Origin: an uncultured delta proteobacterium
GTDB lineage: Bacteria > Desulfobacterota > Desulfomonilia > UBA1062
Length of the DNA stretch: 64,000 bases
NCBI GenBank assembly: GCA_963785235.1
Contig: CAWAUM010000003.1
Coordinates: 160,001 to 224,000, forward strand
Direction of reading: 5' to 3'
Made by a program: the position numbers and the translations under genes. Below, piece by piece: positions 11,289-24,438 of the stretch; within the stretch, counting starts at the first letter, position 1; every line of letters starts with the position of its first letter. A model generated the notes under the pieces. That model had not been told where the DNA came from. It was given only the letters and a program-made list of their open reading frames with translations, and ran no database searches.

Positions 11289-12923
11289 TCAAAACCCTTT
11301 CAAAGCAATAATTCCAAGTGATATAAGCGTGGTTGCAATCACTATGTACCTTCCCCTTTTTCTGTTATTAAGCAGTATTTCATAGCTGTAAAAGAATATC
11401 AGAATCTGCACAATGAGAAACTCGGTTTGCCTGGAGTTCGTTATAGTATTTATCAGTGGTGAAGCACTTAAGGCTATGATGAGAATGAGATAATCCATAG
11501 GGCTTATCTGGAAGCTGCCCTTTCTTCTGTTCAGCCTTACCAGGATGAGTGCTGAAAGGATGCATATGAAACAACAACCAAGGTAGAGCATCCGAAAGCT
11601 CAACCCAAAAAAATGATAAGGCTGCTCTAAATTGAGATATACTATAGCTGGAATCATAAAATACAGGATAATCCGCACAATACTTCCAACGATCTGTTTT
11701 TTCACAGCCCACAGGCAAACAATTACTGCACCCAGAAGAAGAGCAACTACTGATATGTAGCCCGGTAGGCCTTCCACCTCTATGCAGTTAATTATCATCA
11801 GCGACGGCAGCAGGATATCAAGCGTGACCGTTGTGAATAAAAGCATTATGTCACGATTTTTCAGAAACCTGAGTCTTCCTTTTATGACATTGTCAATTAT
11901 CTCATAACGTTTGAACTTGAAACTATATTTATAAGTTACCTGGAAAAACGTTATGACAATCCCTGAGAGTATAAGATAGAGCCCTAAGATAAACCAATCG
12001 GAGCTGAACCGGAAGATGTAAGCACAGGCAACGAAAATTGTCTGAAGCAGATAGATAATGAAGACTGCTTCGGTGTGAAAAAGGCCAAGGCTTAAGAGCT
12101 TGTGGTGATAATGGTTATTGTCTGCCACAAAGGGAGACCTTCCGGCCTTGATCCTTTCAAACATGACTATGCAGGTATCGATTATAGGAAACCCTACAAT
12201 GAGCAAAGGGAGGACCGGGCATAACAGGGCATTCGTCTGAGTAATCTTCAGAGCCAGGACAATAGAGACGAACCCCAGCAACTGACTGCCTGCATCTCCC
12301 ATGAAGACCGAGGCCGGATAGGTGTTGAAACTTAAGAATCCGAAGAGTGCACCCAGCATGGCAATGCACATAACCGCTACAGCTTTGTCCCCCGATTGGT
12401 AGGCCAGGGCAAAAAGGCAGAGAAAGATGATCAGTGCTATACCGCCCGCAAGCCCATCAAGCCCGTCAGCCAGATTAATTGCATTGGTTACCCCCACAAT
12501 CACCAACAGCGTCAACGGCAGGGAAATGCCCAGGGGCAGATCAACACCGGCAGGGAGCAGCATGCCCAGCGAATTGATTTCAACTCCACCATAGATGATA
12601 ACCACCAGGGCTGCAGCTATCTGAGAAAGGAACTTGGGCCTGTAGCCGAGATTATACCTGTCGTCCGCAAGCCCCATAGCAACAAGGATGATGGCGCCAA
12701 TGACAACAGAAACTGCAAACTTGTCCAGCGTAAGCCCATAGAAGATTGCGATACAAAAGCCCAGGGCCATAGCCAGACCGCCGCTCTTGGGTATGGGCGT
12801 GGAATGCACCTTGCGCTCATTAGGAATGTCAAGAATATTTGCCCGCACAGCCACGGACTTGAACATGGGTATTGAGGCAAGGGTTATAAAGAGTGCGATA
12901 AATAGGGTGGATGCGAGTATCAT
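11289..12923 (-). CDS. WecA/MraY-family undecaprenyl-phosphate sugar-1-phosphate transferase with C-terminal membrane extension
   Basis: [42 protein letters not shown]. Confidence 0.88.
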   Translation of the reverse strand: MILASTLFIALFITLASIPMFKSVAVRANILDIPNERKVHSTPIPKSGGLAMALGFCIAIFYGLTLDKFAVSVVIGAIILVAMGLADDRYNLGYRPKFLSQIAAALVVIIYGGVEINSLGMLLPAGVDLPLGISLPLTLLVIVGVTNAINLADGLDGLAGGIALIIFLCLFALAYQSGDKAVAVMCIAMLGALFGFLSFNTYPASVFMGDAGSQLLGFVSIVLALKITQTNALLCPVLPLLIVGFPIIDTCIVMFERIKAGRSPFVADNNHYHHKLLSLGLFHTEAVFIIYLLQTIFVACAYIFRFSSDWFILGLYLILSGIVITFFQVTYKYSFKFKRYEIIDNVIKGRLRFLKNRDIMLLFTTVTLDILLPSLMIINCIEVEGLPGYISVVALLLGAVIVCLWAVKKQIVGSIVRIILYFMIPAIVYLNLEQPYHFFGLSFRMLYLGCCFICILSALILVRLNRRKGSFQISPMDYLILIIALSASPLINTITNSRQTEFLIVQILIFFYSYEILLNNRKRGRYIVIATTLISLGIIALKGF

Positions 12924-12927
12924 AATC

Positions 12928-14514
12928 TTACTTCACTAATGCAGAATTTGAATTCTGATGTCCCTTGATAAAGTCTACTAAAGCAGTCATCATATCTCTT
13001 ACAAACGTGTCCATTCTCTGTTCATTGACACTGATAGATTCACCCGGCCTGATGGGTGTTATTGTCCTGATGAACAGGTCATAGGTATTATCCCTCCTGA
13101 TGGCATGGAGGGCAAGATCGAACCGGTTGATATTTTTATCATAAGAAGCCCTGTTCTTTGTCTGGAACCAGAAATATACCACCATTTTACTACCCATGTT
13201 GGCCACAATCATCCTGGTCACTTTGAGCCGCCCGAAAAACGGGACGCCTTTGATCTCATGGGTTGATGTCTCAAGGGGTTCCCATCCGGAAGAAGGCAGA
13301 CAGACCGTGGGACTGTGGAAGAAATTCTCATTAGCCAGAAAAGCAGTTCCCCGGTATCCTATATAGAGCGATACATCGTCCCCTGCACTGTTCCGGTAAT
13401 TACCATTAAATGCCTCCTCGGCCCCTGATTCATCGATAATCTCAGGGTCAACAAGGGTTGCCTGGCCGGACCAGTTTGAAAACATGAGCGGAAAACTTGC
13501 AATACCCCCGGTTAATTTGATGGGGGGAAGCGCTTGCGTACTGAAGCTGAGGCCTGCAACAATGATCAAAATAATTATTGATGTTATAAAGGCGCTATTT
13601 ATAGAGGATTCTCCTCTTGCCTTTAGAATGCCGGGATCAGACTCGGATACGGCTATTTCCTCCTCCTTGCTTTTCTTTGGAGGCAACAAAGAAAGTATTC
13701 TCCCGATCAAGAACAGCAAGCAGGATGAAGCCATGAACAAAACCCACCCGGAAAAACCGTGAAAGAAACCTTCCGCAACACCGGGACCGTAATAGTTTGT
13801 GAGAATACCAGTAATCCCGATCCTCAGCGCATTGGTGAGAATGGCAATGGGGATGGTTACGAGGATACAAAATATGCGTTTCCATGCAACACTCTCGAAG
13901 AGATATGCATAGATAACACCAATGGCTAGAAGGGGGAAAACATAGCGAAGGCCATTGCATGCATCAACAACCTGTAGTTGCGTAACGCCAAGGTCGATTA
14001 TGTTGCCACTGACATTTACAGATATGTTGAAAAACCGTATTATCTCACCTCCCATTTTTGATGAGATGGATTTGAGGTAAATCCCTATAGTTCTTTCAAG
14101 AACAGGCGGTATCGGAACCATGAAAATCAAAAATCCGAGTGGTAAGATCAAGCGCCGGGTTATGTCCAGCCCAAAGCAGAAAGCTGTAAAACAGATGATC
14201 AGCAAAGGCACTGCGGGCATAGAGATATTTCCGCTGGACCCGAGGATTCCATAGATGGAGAGCAGGACAAGGGCTATCAGGACAGGGAAAACAGCCCATG
14301 AGTTCTTTAACTTCACATCCTTCAGGCGGGAACGCATGTCCCAAAGCAAATACATTGAAACCACCGGAATTAAAAACCCATAGGAATAATCATCATTTTT
14401 CAACCAGGTATTGACCAGCGCTGTAATGGGGACCCAGTAAGCCGCAATAAAAAAAACCAAAAGCAGCGAAACTTTAAACCAGGTGCCTTTTATAAAGTCA
14501 CTTATAGAACTCAC
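12928..14514 (-). CDS. xrtD: Exosortase with C-terminal EpsI domain (VPLPA-CTERM-specific XrtD type)
   Basis: [10 protein letters not shown]; catalytic residues in [14 protein letters not shown] and FHGFSG; EpsI motif [12 protein letters not shown]. Confidence 0.85.
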   Translation of the reverse strand: MSSISDFIKGTWFKVSLLLVFFIAAYWVPITALVNTWLKNDDYSYGFLIPVVSMYLLWDMRSRLKDVKLKNSWAVFPVLIALVLLSIYGILGSSGNISMPAVPLLIICFTAFCFGLDITRRLILPLGFLIFMVPIPPVLERTIGIYLKSISSKMGGEIIRFFNISVNVSGNIIDLGVTQLQVVDACNGLRYVFPLLAIGVIYAYLFESVAWKRIFCILVTIPIAILTNALRIGITGILTNYYGPGVAEGFFHGFSGWVLFMASSCLLFLIGRILSLLPPKKSKEEEIAVSESDPGILKARGESSINSAFITSIIILIIVAGLSFSTQALPPIKLTGGIASFPLMFSNWSGQATLVDPEIIDESGAEEAFNGNYRNSAGDDVSLYIGYRGTAFLANENFFHSPTVCLPSSGWEPLETSTHEIKGVPFFGRLKVTRMIVANMGSKMVVYFWFQTKNRASYDKNINRFDLALHAIRRDNTYDLFIRTITPIRPGESISVNEQRMDTFVRDMMTALVDFIKGHQNSNSALVK

Positions 14515-15471
14515 AACTCAACCTCACTCGACCCTCTGAGTTTATTTCTTAAAATCCAGGACAGCGGAACCCAGAATTTTCGACGCATGAGATGCCCGAC
14601 GCTCCCGATCATCCAGCAGGTCTGTTTGCACGCATCCACTTTTCTGCGCGCCTCCTCAGCTTCCGGGCTTGTCCAGATATCCTGGAATGATCTTTCCCTT
14701 ATATTGCCAAAGGGAAAATCCATGACATTGCACGGCCGGACATAGCCATAAGGGTCAATGAAAAAAGAATCCGTTGCCATGGTGCATTTCAGCGACCTTT
14801 CTTCGCCATGCATATGTTTTATTATGCCCTTGGTAAAATATGCCCGGAACCAGTCTTTGGGGTGTTTTGATCCCAGATACTCACCTAATAGGTCTTTAAT
14901 CCCCGATTCGACCCTGGCCATGTCAAAAATGGCGTTGTCTTCTTTATGAAAGTAATAGGCATTGTGCAATATGGCTGTTGCCAGTTCCACACCGTTCTCA
15001 CAGGCCAGCCTATAGAGCGGAACAAGGTCTTGTGCATTCTGGTCGGAGATGGTCACTGCAATACCCAGGTCTTTGATGCCAAGGGCTTTCAGGCCCTTGA
15101 GGGTCTCCAGAGCAAGCGAATGGGCCTTTTTGATTCCCCGGATCTTGTTATGTGTCTCGCCAATTCCGTCAAAACTGATGCGTATGCCCACGTCCTTGTG
15201 TTTCTGCATGACCTCCATGGTTTTCTTGGTCAGAAAGCCGTTGGAGCTGATCACGACACGTTTGGCCTTGGTCTTGACGACATCGAGGATGTCGCTCAGG
15301 TCATCTCTCAGGAAGGGCTCACCGCCGGTGATATTGAGCGCGTACCATCTTCGGCAGGGTGGTAAGTTCATCCGCCCTGATCTCCTCTTCCTTTTTGCTT
15401 GGATACAGCCAGGTGTTACACATGATGCACTTGCTGTTGCACCTATACGTGACAGCTATAATTCCATCCAT
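14511..15471 (-). CDS. Radical SAM/SPASM-domain protein (frameshift near 15340)
   Basis: ATG 15471 gives MDGIIAVTYRCNSKCIMC (CxxxCxxC); TGGEPFLR; C-terminal CTMA..GYVRPC..CKQTC. Confidence 0.88.
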
Positions 15472-15528
15472 CCATCTACTCCTGACAATGCTTTCCTTAT
15501 GGATCCACCAGGTAACTTTTTCCGGCCA

Positions 15529-16629
15529 TTACCTCTTAATCAAGGAGTTATAGAGCTCCTCCATCTGATCCGTAACACGGTCCCAGGAGTAATTCTTCCG
15601 TACATGCTCCAAGGCCGCCTGCTTTTTCTCCATAACCTTTTCCGGATTCCCGATCAGGTCTTTCAAAACACTGTAAAGGTCCTCGACATCACGGTTTCTA
15701 AAAGTGTACCCATGGCTTTCAAGTGCCTCCAGATTCTCTGGAATGTCACTGGAAAGACAGCAGTTACCATAATTCATAGCATCAAGGAGTGCGACCGGGA
15801 GGCCCTCCAGTGTAGACGGTAGGCAGAAGAGATAGGCATTGCTGAAAAGCTCCTGCATGGGCCTTCCGGTGACGAATCCGGGGAAGATTATTCGCGGGTC
15901 ATTCCCCGCCAAATCTCTGAGACGGGATTTGTATTTTTCCATATGAGCGGCATCGCCCGCAATGACGAGCTTCATCTCCGTATCCAGCCTGCGGAAGGCC
16001 TCAATGAGAAAGTGGGCGCCCTTTTCATCCACCAGCCTCGCGGCAAAAAGAACATACCTGTCCGGCAACAGCCCCTGTTCGAGAATCCACCTCGCGGACT
16101 GTTTTTCCACCGGCTCGACCCCGTTGGGAATATACACGACCTCCCGGGCGAATTTATCCTCATAGTATTGCTTCTGCACCTTCGAGACCACGGTGGCCTT
16201 GTTGGGGAAATAGACCACGCTGTAATCCGACAGCCGGAAAAAGGTCTTGCCTATGAAGCCCCATTTATCACGCTTCCATTCCAGACCATGTGCCTGGACA
16301 ACGCTTGGTATGCCCCACATTCGCGGAAAGATGGAAAACACCGACGGACCGACGGCATGGACATGGACGAATCGGCATTATTGTTTCGAAGCACATCCAG
16401 CGTTGCATGGAAACAAATCGAGAGCTTGTGCAGGGACTTCGTGTTGACGGACGGCACCGTCTTGATCTCCATCCCTTTGAAATCCCATCCACCGTGCCAT
16501 AATCCCGACTGGAATAAACGATGACGTGATGTCCCTCGCATAGCCAGGCGGACTGCCGATCTCCTCGGTGACCTTTTCTATGCCACCCCCGATGGGGATG
16601 CCTTTTACCGCAATATAGGCGATGTGCAC
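15529..16629 (-). CDS. GT4 glycosyltransferase (frameshifted)
   Basis: KGIPIGGGIEK, HGLEWKRDKW, RLVDEKG, PSTLEGLPVALLDAM spread over three frames. Confidence 0.85.
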
Positions 16630-16670
16630 GGCAACACCCTCTCTATCTCCTTAAGCAACGTGAGTGATCC

Positions 16671-19489
16671 TCACTGCAGGAACGTCAATCCCAGCAAAGC
16701 TAACTTTGCCTTGGTTGCCGGTTCTGACGCACTTAAATGAATACTTCGTATCTTTTCTCCCGGGTGTGGATTTTTCCAGGTAAACATCTGAACATTAAGG
16801 GGAATACCTGCGGCTGAGAAACCTCGCCATACGACATTTGACCCGATCAGGACATCAGGGCTTCTGACAAATTTCCAGCCGTTCAGCCTGAGACCTTTGC
16901 TTGAACGTATGTCTGTGATGTTCCAGTTTCTAAAAGGTCAATGCTCTCTGATCGGCCGGAGTCATATTTAATACTATACCTGCCTATTTTTCGTGGCGTT
17001 AACTGTGGATCCTCCATGAATGCTGTATGCAGGAATACAAGCTTCTCTCCTTGCATATCACCCTGAAAAACCTCTTTTTCCTTCGGCAGCCTATCATCCG
17101 CACATGCAACTATGATACAAGTGTTCTTACCCCCTGAATCAGGTAATAAGTCAAACACTATACCGTCAAAAACCTGCTTCCCCGATATTAATGTACGCAA
17201 GTCTAGGACAGGTCCTATATCAAAAAATCCGCTCATGTTTACAGAAGAGTACACCATCTGCCTGTTGCAGTTCTTTGATAAGTCTATAGGCCTCTGTTTG
17301 TATTTACCTGCATCTTTGATGTCATATCTCATCGTTTCCGCCAAAGCGGTCACATCACCATCCCCCTTATCAATAGCGCACTGCGCCGACCAGGCGCACA
17401 TCGGTGCATACAAGGTCGTTGCAGCAGGAGATAGTGTGCTAAATAAACCCCAGCTCGTTGCAATGACACCCTGCCCGCCAAATCTCTTCACGCTTTGTGC
17501 AAGTGCCTTAGCTGCATTAGGATCATGCCAGGGAGAACCAACAACGCGAAAACCATTATTGCGGAAATATTCTATGCTGCGATAGTCCGTTCTCTCAGTG
17601 TAATGCCAGTCAAGAATGAGGATATCAGAAGGTAGCTTTTTTAACGCTTCGTGTGTAGATCCTGAATTAAAAGTGGGATTATTACTGTTGGCAGAGCCCA
17701 CTTCAGCCTCCCAGCGTTTGTGATCGAGGAGCATGTCACCCCACATGGCAGTCTGCACTCTCTGATTTTTCAGCCAGTCATGAATTCGCCTGACATCCAT
17801 AGTTAAGATATCCGCAGTACTCTTGCTCGATTTTGAGGAATAAATGGACAGGCCCTTTATCTCGTCATGGCTTATGAGAAGCGTCTTCGGTTGATACGTT
17901 TTCAAAAGTTCTTCATAGAGTGAGAACAAACTCTTATATGATTCTCTTAAGGGGTCGTAAAAGGTGGACCCTTCGGCTATCTCCATCTGCTTAAAATCAG
18001 TGGCTTTGAAGGCGGAGATCATCCCTGCCCAAACATCCATGTGCAGAGCCCGGGCATAGTCCCCGATCTCCCTCATCTGGTCCTTAGTCCAGCCGCCGTC
18101 ATCGACGTTTTTTGACCATGAGAGCATCTGCCTGGGCACATGGAGGAAAATTACTACATTGCTCCGTGCACGAGAAAAGGCATCCAGGTATTTCTTCATC
18201 AAACCGATATCACGGATAGCAGGCTTGAGCATTTCTATACATACCCCTCTTATAGGCAGATCAGGCCAGTCACGTATTGTCCCACACGGTATTTTCCAAT
18301 TGCCTGAGTCTCTTTTAAGTAGGCCTATGAGTGCATAGGCTCCATACAAACATCCTCTCTCGTCAGCCGCTCTTATTACAGCCTTGTCCGGAGTCACGCT
18401 GATCTCGAACCCCTCTGCGGGAAGGTTGAAATCCTTTCCAGGCAGAACCCTTTGAATATGGATTCCCCTTCCCTGAGAATTCCCGGTCGATATTCTGACC
18501 GACAGATTCACTGACGCAAGTTCCCCAATCTCCTGCTTCAGGATCGTTTCTGCTTTTTCCAAAGGCATGCCCCAGATACCATCCCCGGAATGTAGCAGAT
18601 ATTGCCCGGATGCCCTTCTTTGCTCTTTGGGTGGTGGAGCATAGAACGGCCATGCATTTACTGAAGCTATCTTATTCCCCGGGCCCTTTGATCCCTGAAG
18701 CATATTGGATCGTGACGGAGGGAGAGTATGGATGGAATATTTAAATGAGTAAGTTCGGCCAGGATAGAGAAATTTCTTGTCCCCATTGAATAAGATGCTC
18801 TTGGAAGGATCCCAGGGAATATTTCTAAAATCAGCCATACGTATCGTACCGGTATCCATGAGATCCTTAATCTCCAGGTCACACAAGGCCCCCTTCACAA
18901 TGATCCGATTCTTGTCCTTGAGAAGAATACGCTTGGCAATAGGCAAAGGATCAGGGGGAATGCTGCCGGCATCATAAAAAGAAGCCGGAGTCGCCTCAAT
19001 TGTTGCCCCCTTAAAGAGATCACCGGAAATTTTTATGAACTCAAAGCTTATGTTGGAAAGCCGGGAAGGTGCCTTGTACGTCATGGATATTTCGATGGTA
19101 CTCGGATCGACTTGTTTGAGACTCAGCGTATAAACCGCATCTGATGCCGGGTCATTCCCTGAAATGATGAATGTCCCGGCAGGGTTTTCTGTAAGTCTTC
19201 CGTTCCAAGGTCCGCTCCAAATCCTCTTACGGCTTCCTGTCAGACTCAATTCATAAAATTCAAAAAAACCCCCAATGCTCACAACAGCCTTCATGCCATT
19301 ACAGAATGCCCGGGCACGGTTTTTGGTATCAACTCGCAGTTGGAGACTTGGTGAGACGCTTTCAGGTTTTGCATAAGTATCCTCACCCTTACTACCGGCA
19401 ATCTTCAAAGGGAGAATAAGAATCATAAAAACCGTTAAAGACAATACAACTAAATTATCAGAGCAGCCTTTTCTTTTGACTATATCCAT
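16671..19489 (-). CDS. Secreted GH20-like (beta-hexosaminidase) multidomain hydrolase (frameshift near 16925)
   Basis: AEGFEISV..GCLYG, IRDWPDLPIRG, ISHDEI, MWGDML, LDWHY; shifted frame continues WKNPHPGEKIRSI to TGA at 16671. Confidence 0.75.
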
Positions 19490-19528
19490 AAATCCCTTTG
19501 CCTTTACTGTTCAACACCACATCGATGA

Positions 19529-20781
19529 TTATTTCCGCACACACTTATTGAATATTGCTTCGATGGAAGACAGATGAGAATCGATTGAATGATTATTAAC
19601 AACATATTCCCTGGCCCGAATGCCCATTTCCTGTGATTCCTTCGGGTTCTGTATAAGCCTGTCCAATTTATCTGCTAAGTCATGTGCATTGCCCGCCTCG
19701 AAGTGATATCCGGTCTGTCCATCCATGACCATCTCCAGCAGACTTCCATGGTCGGATACAACTGCTGGTCTGGCTTGTGCCATTCCCTCCAAAACCACAT
19801 TGGGCTGATTCTCATAACACACGGATGGTACGACAAAGCATGTTGCCTGGCTGAATAATTCCCTAATCCGTTTTTGGTTCTGAAACCCATGGAAACGGAT
19901 ACGAGTTCCCAACTTGTTTGTAAATGAATCCTTCAGATGTAATGCATAGGGTGTAGTATCATCTCCGACAATTGTGAGGTGTGCGGATTGGTTTTTCAGG
20001 AGCATCATTGCCTCAAGCAATGTCTCAACACCCTTTTCATGACTTAACCTGCCTACATAGAGGATTTCCCCTGGAAAGGACGTTTGATTTCCTTCATAAA
20101 CCGCCGTATCAATCCATGTAGGTATATGGACGATCCTCTCCGGACTGACCCCCCCTGGACCATCTTCTCACGCGTAAACGCAGAGGGGGTGATGAAATAG
20201 TCAACATTGTCATAGAGCCGTCTCACCCGTGACAGCCACATCCCCGCAACCTTTATCAATGCAGCACCCAATGAACGCTGATATCCACCGCATCTGTTGT
20301 ACACTGCCATGATGAGTCCATGTTGCAGGCAATCCTCACAGATATGTCCGTCACGATAGAGGAGGTAGTTTGGGCAAACTTTGTGAAAATCAGACATCCG
20401 CCAGATAATAGGAACATCATTATGGCGACAAGCATCAATGATGCTGTCGCTGAAATAGACAGCATTGAGAAAAAGCGCAAGATCTGGCCGTACATCTTTA
20501 ATCAGCCTTTCAAGTTTCCGCCGTGCTTCGATGTGGTAAATGGAATTGAAGGCATACGCCATTTTTTTCCAAGGGGTCATTTTGAACTCATTGAAATAAA
20601 CACTGTCGGAACCAGACGGTGGGGAAACAAAATACTTTTTATAGGGGGTTTCATTGTTTTGTTCGAAGTTCACACAAAAAGGAATAAACTTGTGGTTGGG
20701 CATATTTTCCACAAGGGAGAACATGTATTTCTCAGGTCCACCGGTAATAAAATAGTTTCTATTTACGGTTAGTATCTTCAA
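19529..20781 (-). CDS. GT4 glycosyltransferase (frameshifted)
   Basis: GGPEKY, DFHKVCPN, PSVCYENQPNVVLEGM. Confidence 0.85.
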
Positions 20782-20851
20782 TGTGCTCGAGGCTCGGGGG
20801 TAGTGTTGTCGTTTACCTGCTTCTATTGATCATTCAAATCGCCATATAATT

Positions 20852-22043
20852 TTAGAGCCCTGTATCTTTCCCATCCATCATAGTGAAGGCAAGAAGTGTT
20901 TTTAAAGCATCAGAAGCTTCAAAAATATCCCGCGTCGACTGGTATTTTGGTGCTTTCACCTCATAATCGCGGTATTCTTCTGGGTTTTGGCCTCCTTCCC
21001 CAGCTTCAACCGCTTTGATAATATTGTAGAGTTCACGTGCTGTTACATAGTGCAGGATGAAACTCTTTCCGTCATTGTATTTCTTTTCAAGATAGCCAAG
21101 AATGTAGTTCATCTCTTCACCTAAAGCCTGTTCACTGTCGACTGCACCATGAGTATGTGTTTTGATTATAATCCAGTTCTTTTTTCCACTAACATGGATT
21201 CCGGTGTTGACCCAACCATTTATCCTTGTGTTCGAAATAGGATAGTATTTGGTCACGCTGTCTGCGGTACATCTGAGGCTTGAGACTTTGTTTCCAGCTA
21301 AGAAAGGAAAGACGGGTCCCTGTATAATCATGAGTCCCTGACCCTGACACCCACCCACTCTAACAATAGCCCCCTTATTGTAAGACTTCGGCCTGTGTGG
21401 GTCGCTATCAGCATAGTAGATTGAGTTTATCTGTCTTGGACTCGCCTCGGGTTCTGGTGAAGGGAATGTAAAATCAGCGTAGCACCCTGTTCTGTTTAAG
21501 ACGGCGATTTCATCGTTTACTCCACAACATCTGCCATCCAATGAATTGGCTAATGCCCAGTCACCATGAATGAATCCATATCGTTTCCTTCCATTTACAC
21601 TTCCAAATATGCCGAACTTACTATAGTCCTCAATGCATTTTAATATGGTTTCTTTCAAATTTTGCGCTGTGTCGGGCCGAGTTTCCCCGTGATGCAGGTG
21701 TAACTCAATTTCCCCATACCCGGCTTCACACAACGACACCAGATCTCGGAGGTTCCCATTCCTGTGATAATGTGGTGGAAAAAACCATGTCCTGGTCGGC
21801 AGATTTCCGTAAAAATCATGATGGTTGTTGGCAAGTTCCAGGATATAGCGAGAGAAGTTGCTTCATCCTGCCCCTCTCAACATCTATTCCCACGTGTCCT
21901 GTGCCAGGTTCAAAGTGATCCACCATACAGAAAAGAACGTGAATTGGTTTTACAGGAGGGTGAGAGAAAATTGATTTTACATATTTAGGAATCCACTTTG
22001 AAAGAACAAAGAGCAAGAATCTTATTTTATTTGTATTATTCAT
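20852..22043 (-). CDS. Uncharacterised His-rich protein, possible divergent NodB/CE4-type barrel (frameshifted near 21830)
   Basis: FCMVDHFEP, EIELHLHH, GFIHGDWALANS, GCYADFTFPS, KTHTHG, LHYVTARE. Confidence 0.6.
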
Positions 22044-22058
22044 AGTGAGATCTGTGAC

Positions 22059-22999
22059 CTAAGTTCTCAAGAAGGTGAACATGGACTTCTCTGCCCATTG
22101 GATCAGGTTCTTGCGCGGCCATACTGATAAAAAATTAGTGGGAGTATATTTGCCCTCATGGTAAAGTCTCCTTCTTGTTGGTGACTTAGCAATTGCATCC
22201 ATTATTGCAGAGTCATTAGTGCCCATACTGAATATTTTGCCACCATTATTGGGAACGAGTTCCTGAAGAAAATCGAGTCTTGGGCTAATTGTTTTCAAAA
22301 CCGGGTCATGAAGCCATGCAATACCGAAAACTCCTTTTACATCTTTATTGATCTTCATAGAGATCTGCGATATTTTGATATAAACGTATCCTTCCTTCAG
22401 CACCGAACGTCTTTCATTGAATCAATATCATGTGCGTCTAGATGCAGTTGATATAAGGGTTGAAAGCCTTTAAGATCAATCAAGAGAAAAAGCAACACGT
22501 TAATAAATTGATGTACATCATGTCTAAACAAGGACTTTAGGGGAAACTTATTGAGATGCACTTTTGCATAGCCTGCTGGGATGAGTCTGAGTGTACATAC
22601 CCCCAGGCATTTAAGAAACTTATCATTTGAATACATATAGAAATCTAGGGGCTCTTTGTCTGAGAGTATGTTACTGATAATTCTTTCAAAATTAATATGA
22701 AATAATGACTTGATATTTGGTGGCATATTGGATGAATCTAATTTAATAATATTATCGCGGATAAGATATATGAGAAGAAGTTGATTGTAGGATTGCAATA
22801 TTGATTCATCGCTTCTCTTTCTTATTTCATTGGTGAGATTAATTACATCCGTGCTCACATAATTATGTTTAGCAATATAAGGGTACCTCTCAAATAGTTT
22901 TGCATATTCATTCAGGGGGTATGTTGTTAATATTGAAGAAATAGAATTGAATCTAATTGTATAATTATTCAGTATCTCACTTATTTCATTGGAAAACAT
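22059..22999 (-). CDS. Hypothetical protein, possible GNAT-like acyltransferase (frameshifted near 22400)
   Basis: Two abutting ORFs; YQLHL and GIAWLHDPVLKTISPRL resemble GNAT_C-type motifs. Confidence 0.5.
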
Positions 23000-23246
23000 C
23001 TGCTACCCTCCCACGTTATTCTAATAATGCAATAGTAATGATATGATAAAAAAATGGCATACAGATAAATAAAGGCATATGACATCCCTAGCAAGAGAAA
23101 GTGCTACACGTCGGCATGAATAAAGAATTTGATCTAATTGTGGATGTGACATTACTTTCTTGATACAGGCATTGAATACTTCCCATGTATCTGACTTACA
23201 CTGGCTATGCAAATTGAGCCCCTAATTAAAGACTGTTTGCCACTGA

Positions 23247-24281
23247 TCACACATGGAACTTCTCGTCAATAAATTTAACGATACTGTAAGCATATTCCCT
23301 TTCGAGAATTGATTTCTCATGTACTATGTTCCAAGTGTTATCGTTCAACTCAAAATAAAATGGTGATCTTTCGATAGTTGCTGTCCCAAAGTGAATTGCC
23401 TGGAACTCGAGGAGATAAAATTGTCTTCCATCGTACGCAATATCCAGGGACAAATTAGGCACTTTCAAATAATTGAATATCTCCTGCGCAAAATCCAGGG
23501 TACCTTCTGGAATATTCTCAAGAAAAGCGAATTTACCACTGCCGCTGGCACGAAAATCATTATCTCGTACCTGGCGATTAAGAATGTAGTACTTTGTGCC
23601 GTAAACGAGCACTTTCCAGTCATCGTTGAGATCTGGTATGAAGTTTTGTACGACAAATTTTCTACGATGCCAAGAATCGCGCTTATATCCTTTGTGCTTA
23701 ATTGCCCTTGCAAAATTCCGTAACTCGTCCTTAAGCGAACGGGTTTTACTGATCTTTTGAGCGGATTTAAGTGCATCGGCTTTGTCGTTGGCAAGGAAGA
23801 CTCCGGTACTCATGGCTCCAGCATCCTGCTTGAGAACAAGCTTACCATCTGGAATAGCCTGAGAAGCAACAAAATCTTCATAGGTGCCAAAGCAGTGAGT
23901 ACGGATATTCTTCACAGCCTGCAGGCTATAAATATCTCGCAATATCTCCATGAATACTTTATTGTGATGCGCCCTGAAAACGTAAAAATCTGGAATTAAA
24001 ATGGCCCCCTGCAGTTGCAGGCCGAGTAAAATATCCTCAATATAGCTCTTATAATGAAGATTCCGGTCCTCTGAGCTTTGATAGAGAACATACTGATCTT
24101 TAAAGTTAATCTCCCTGAAATCTATCTCAGCATAACGAACAAGAACCGTCTCATACCCCTGTTCTCTGAAATACATCTCCAACAGGCGCTTGTCGAAACC
24201 GCTCATATAGGGATTCGCATATATGTTCTTGGTGTTGAACCGGTCTTTATAGTCGAGCAAGACATAAATCTTTTTCGTCAC
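23247..24281 (-). CDS. RimK-like ATP-grasp protein
   Basis: NKV, VLKQDAGAMSTGVFL, VVQNFIP, NDFRASGSG, LDIAYDG..LLEFQ. Confidence 0.78.
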   Translation of the reverse strand: MTKKIYVLLDYKDRFNTKNIYANPYMSGFDKRLLEMYFREQGYETVLVRYAEIDFREINFKDQYVLYQSSEDRNLHYKSYIEDILLGLQLQGAILIPDFYVFRAHHNKVFMEILRDIYSLQAVKNIRTHCFGTYEDFVASQAIPDGKLVLKQDAGAMSTGVFLANDKADALKSAQKISKTRSLKDELRNFARAIKHKGYKRDSWHRRKFVVQNFIPDLNDDWKVLVYGTKYYILNRQVRDNDFRASGSGKFAFLENIPEGTLDFAQEIFNYLKVPNLSLDIAYDGRQFYLLEFQAIHFGTATIERSPFYFELNDNTWNIVHEKSILEREYAYSIVKFIDEKFHV

Positions 24282-24438
24282 AACTCGCCCTCCAATTCAA
24301 TATGTCCCTGCCACCCGGGAGCAGGTTTAAGCCTGTGAACAATCAAAAAGATATTGAACCCAAGATGTATAAAATCCAATACCATAATTGTTTTATATGC
24401 CTCCCAACATATATCTCAATAGAAGTAATTGATTTCTA

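Noticed and set aside
23021-23212. 63-aa ORF between the ATP-grasp and GNAT-like genes
   Set aside because: TTG start, no RBS or recognisable motif; probably spurious or a remnant
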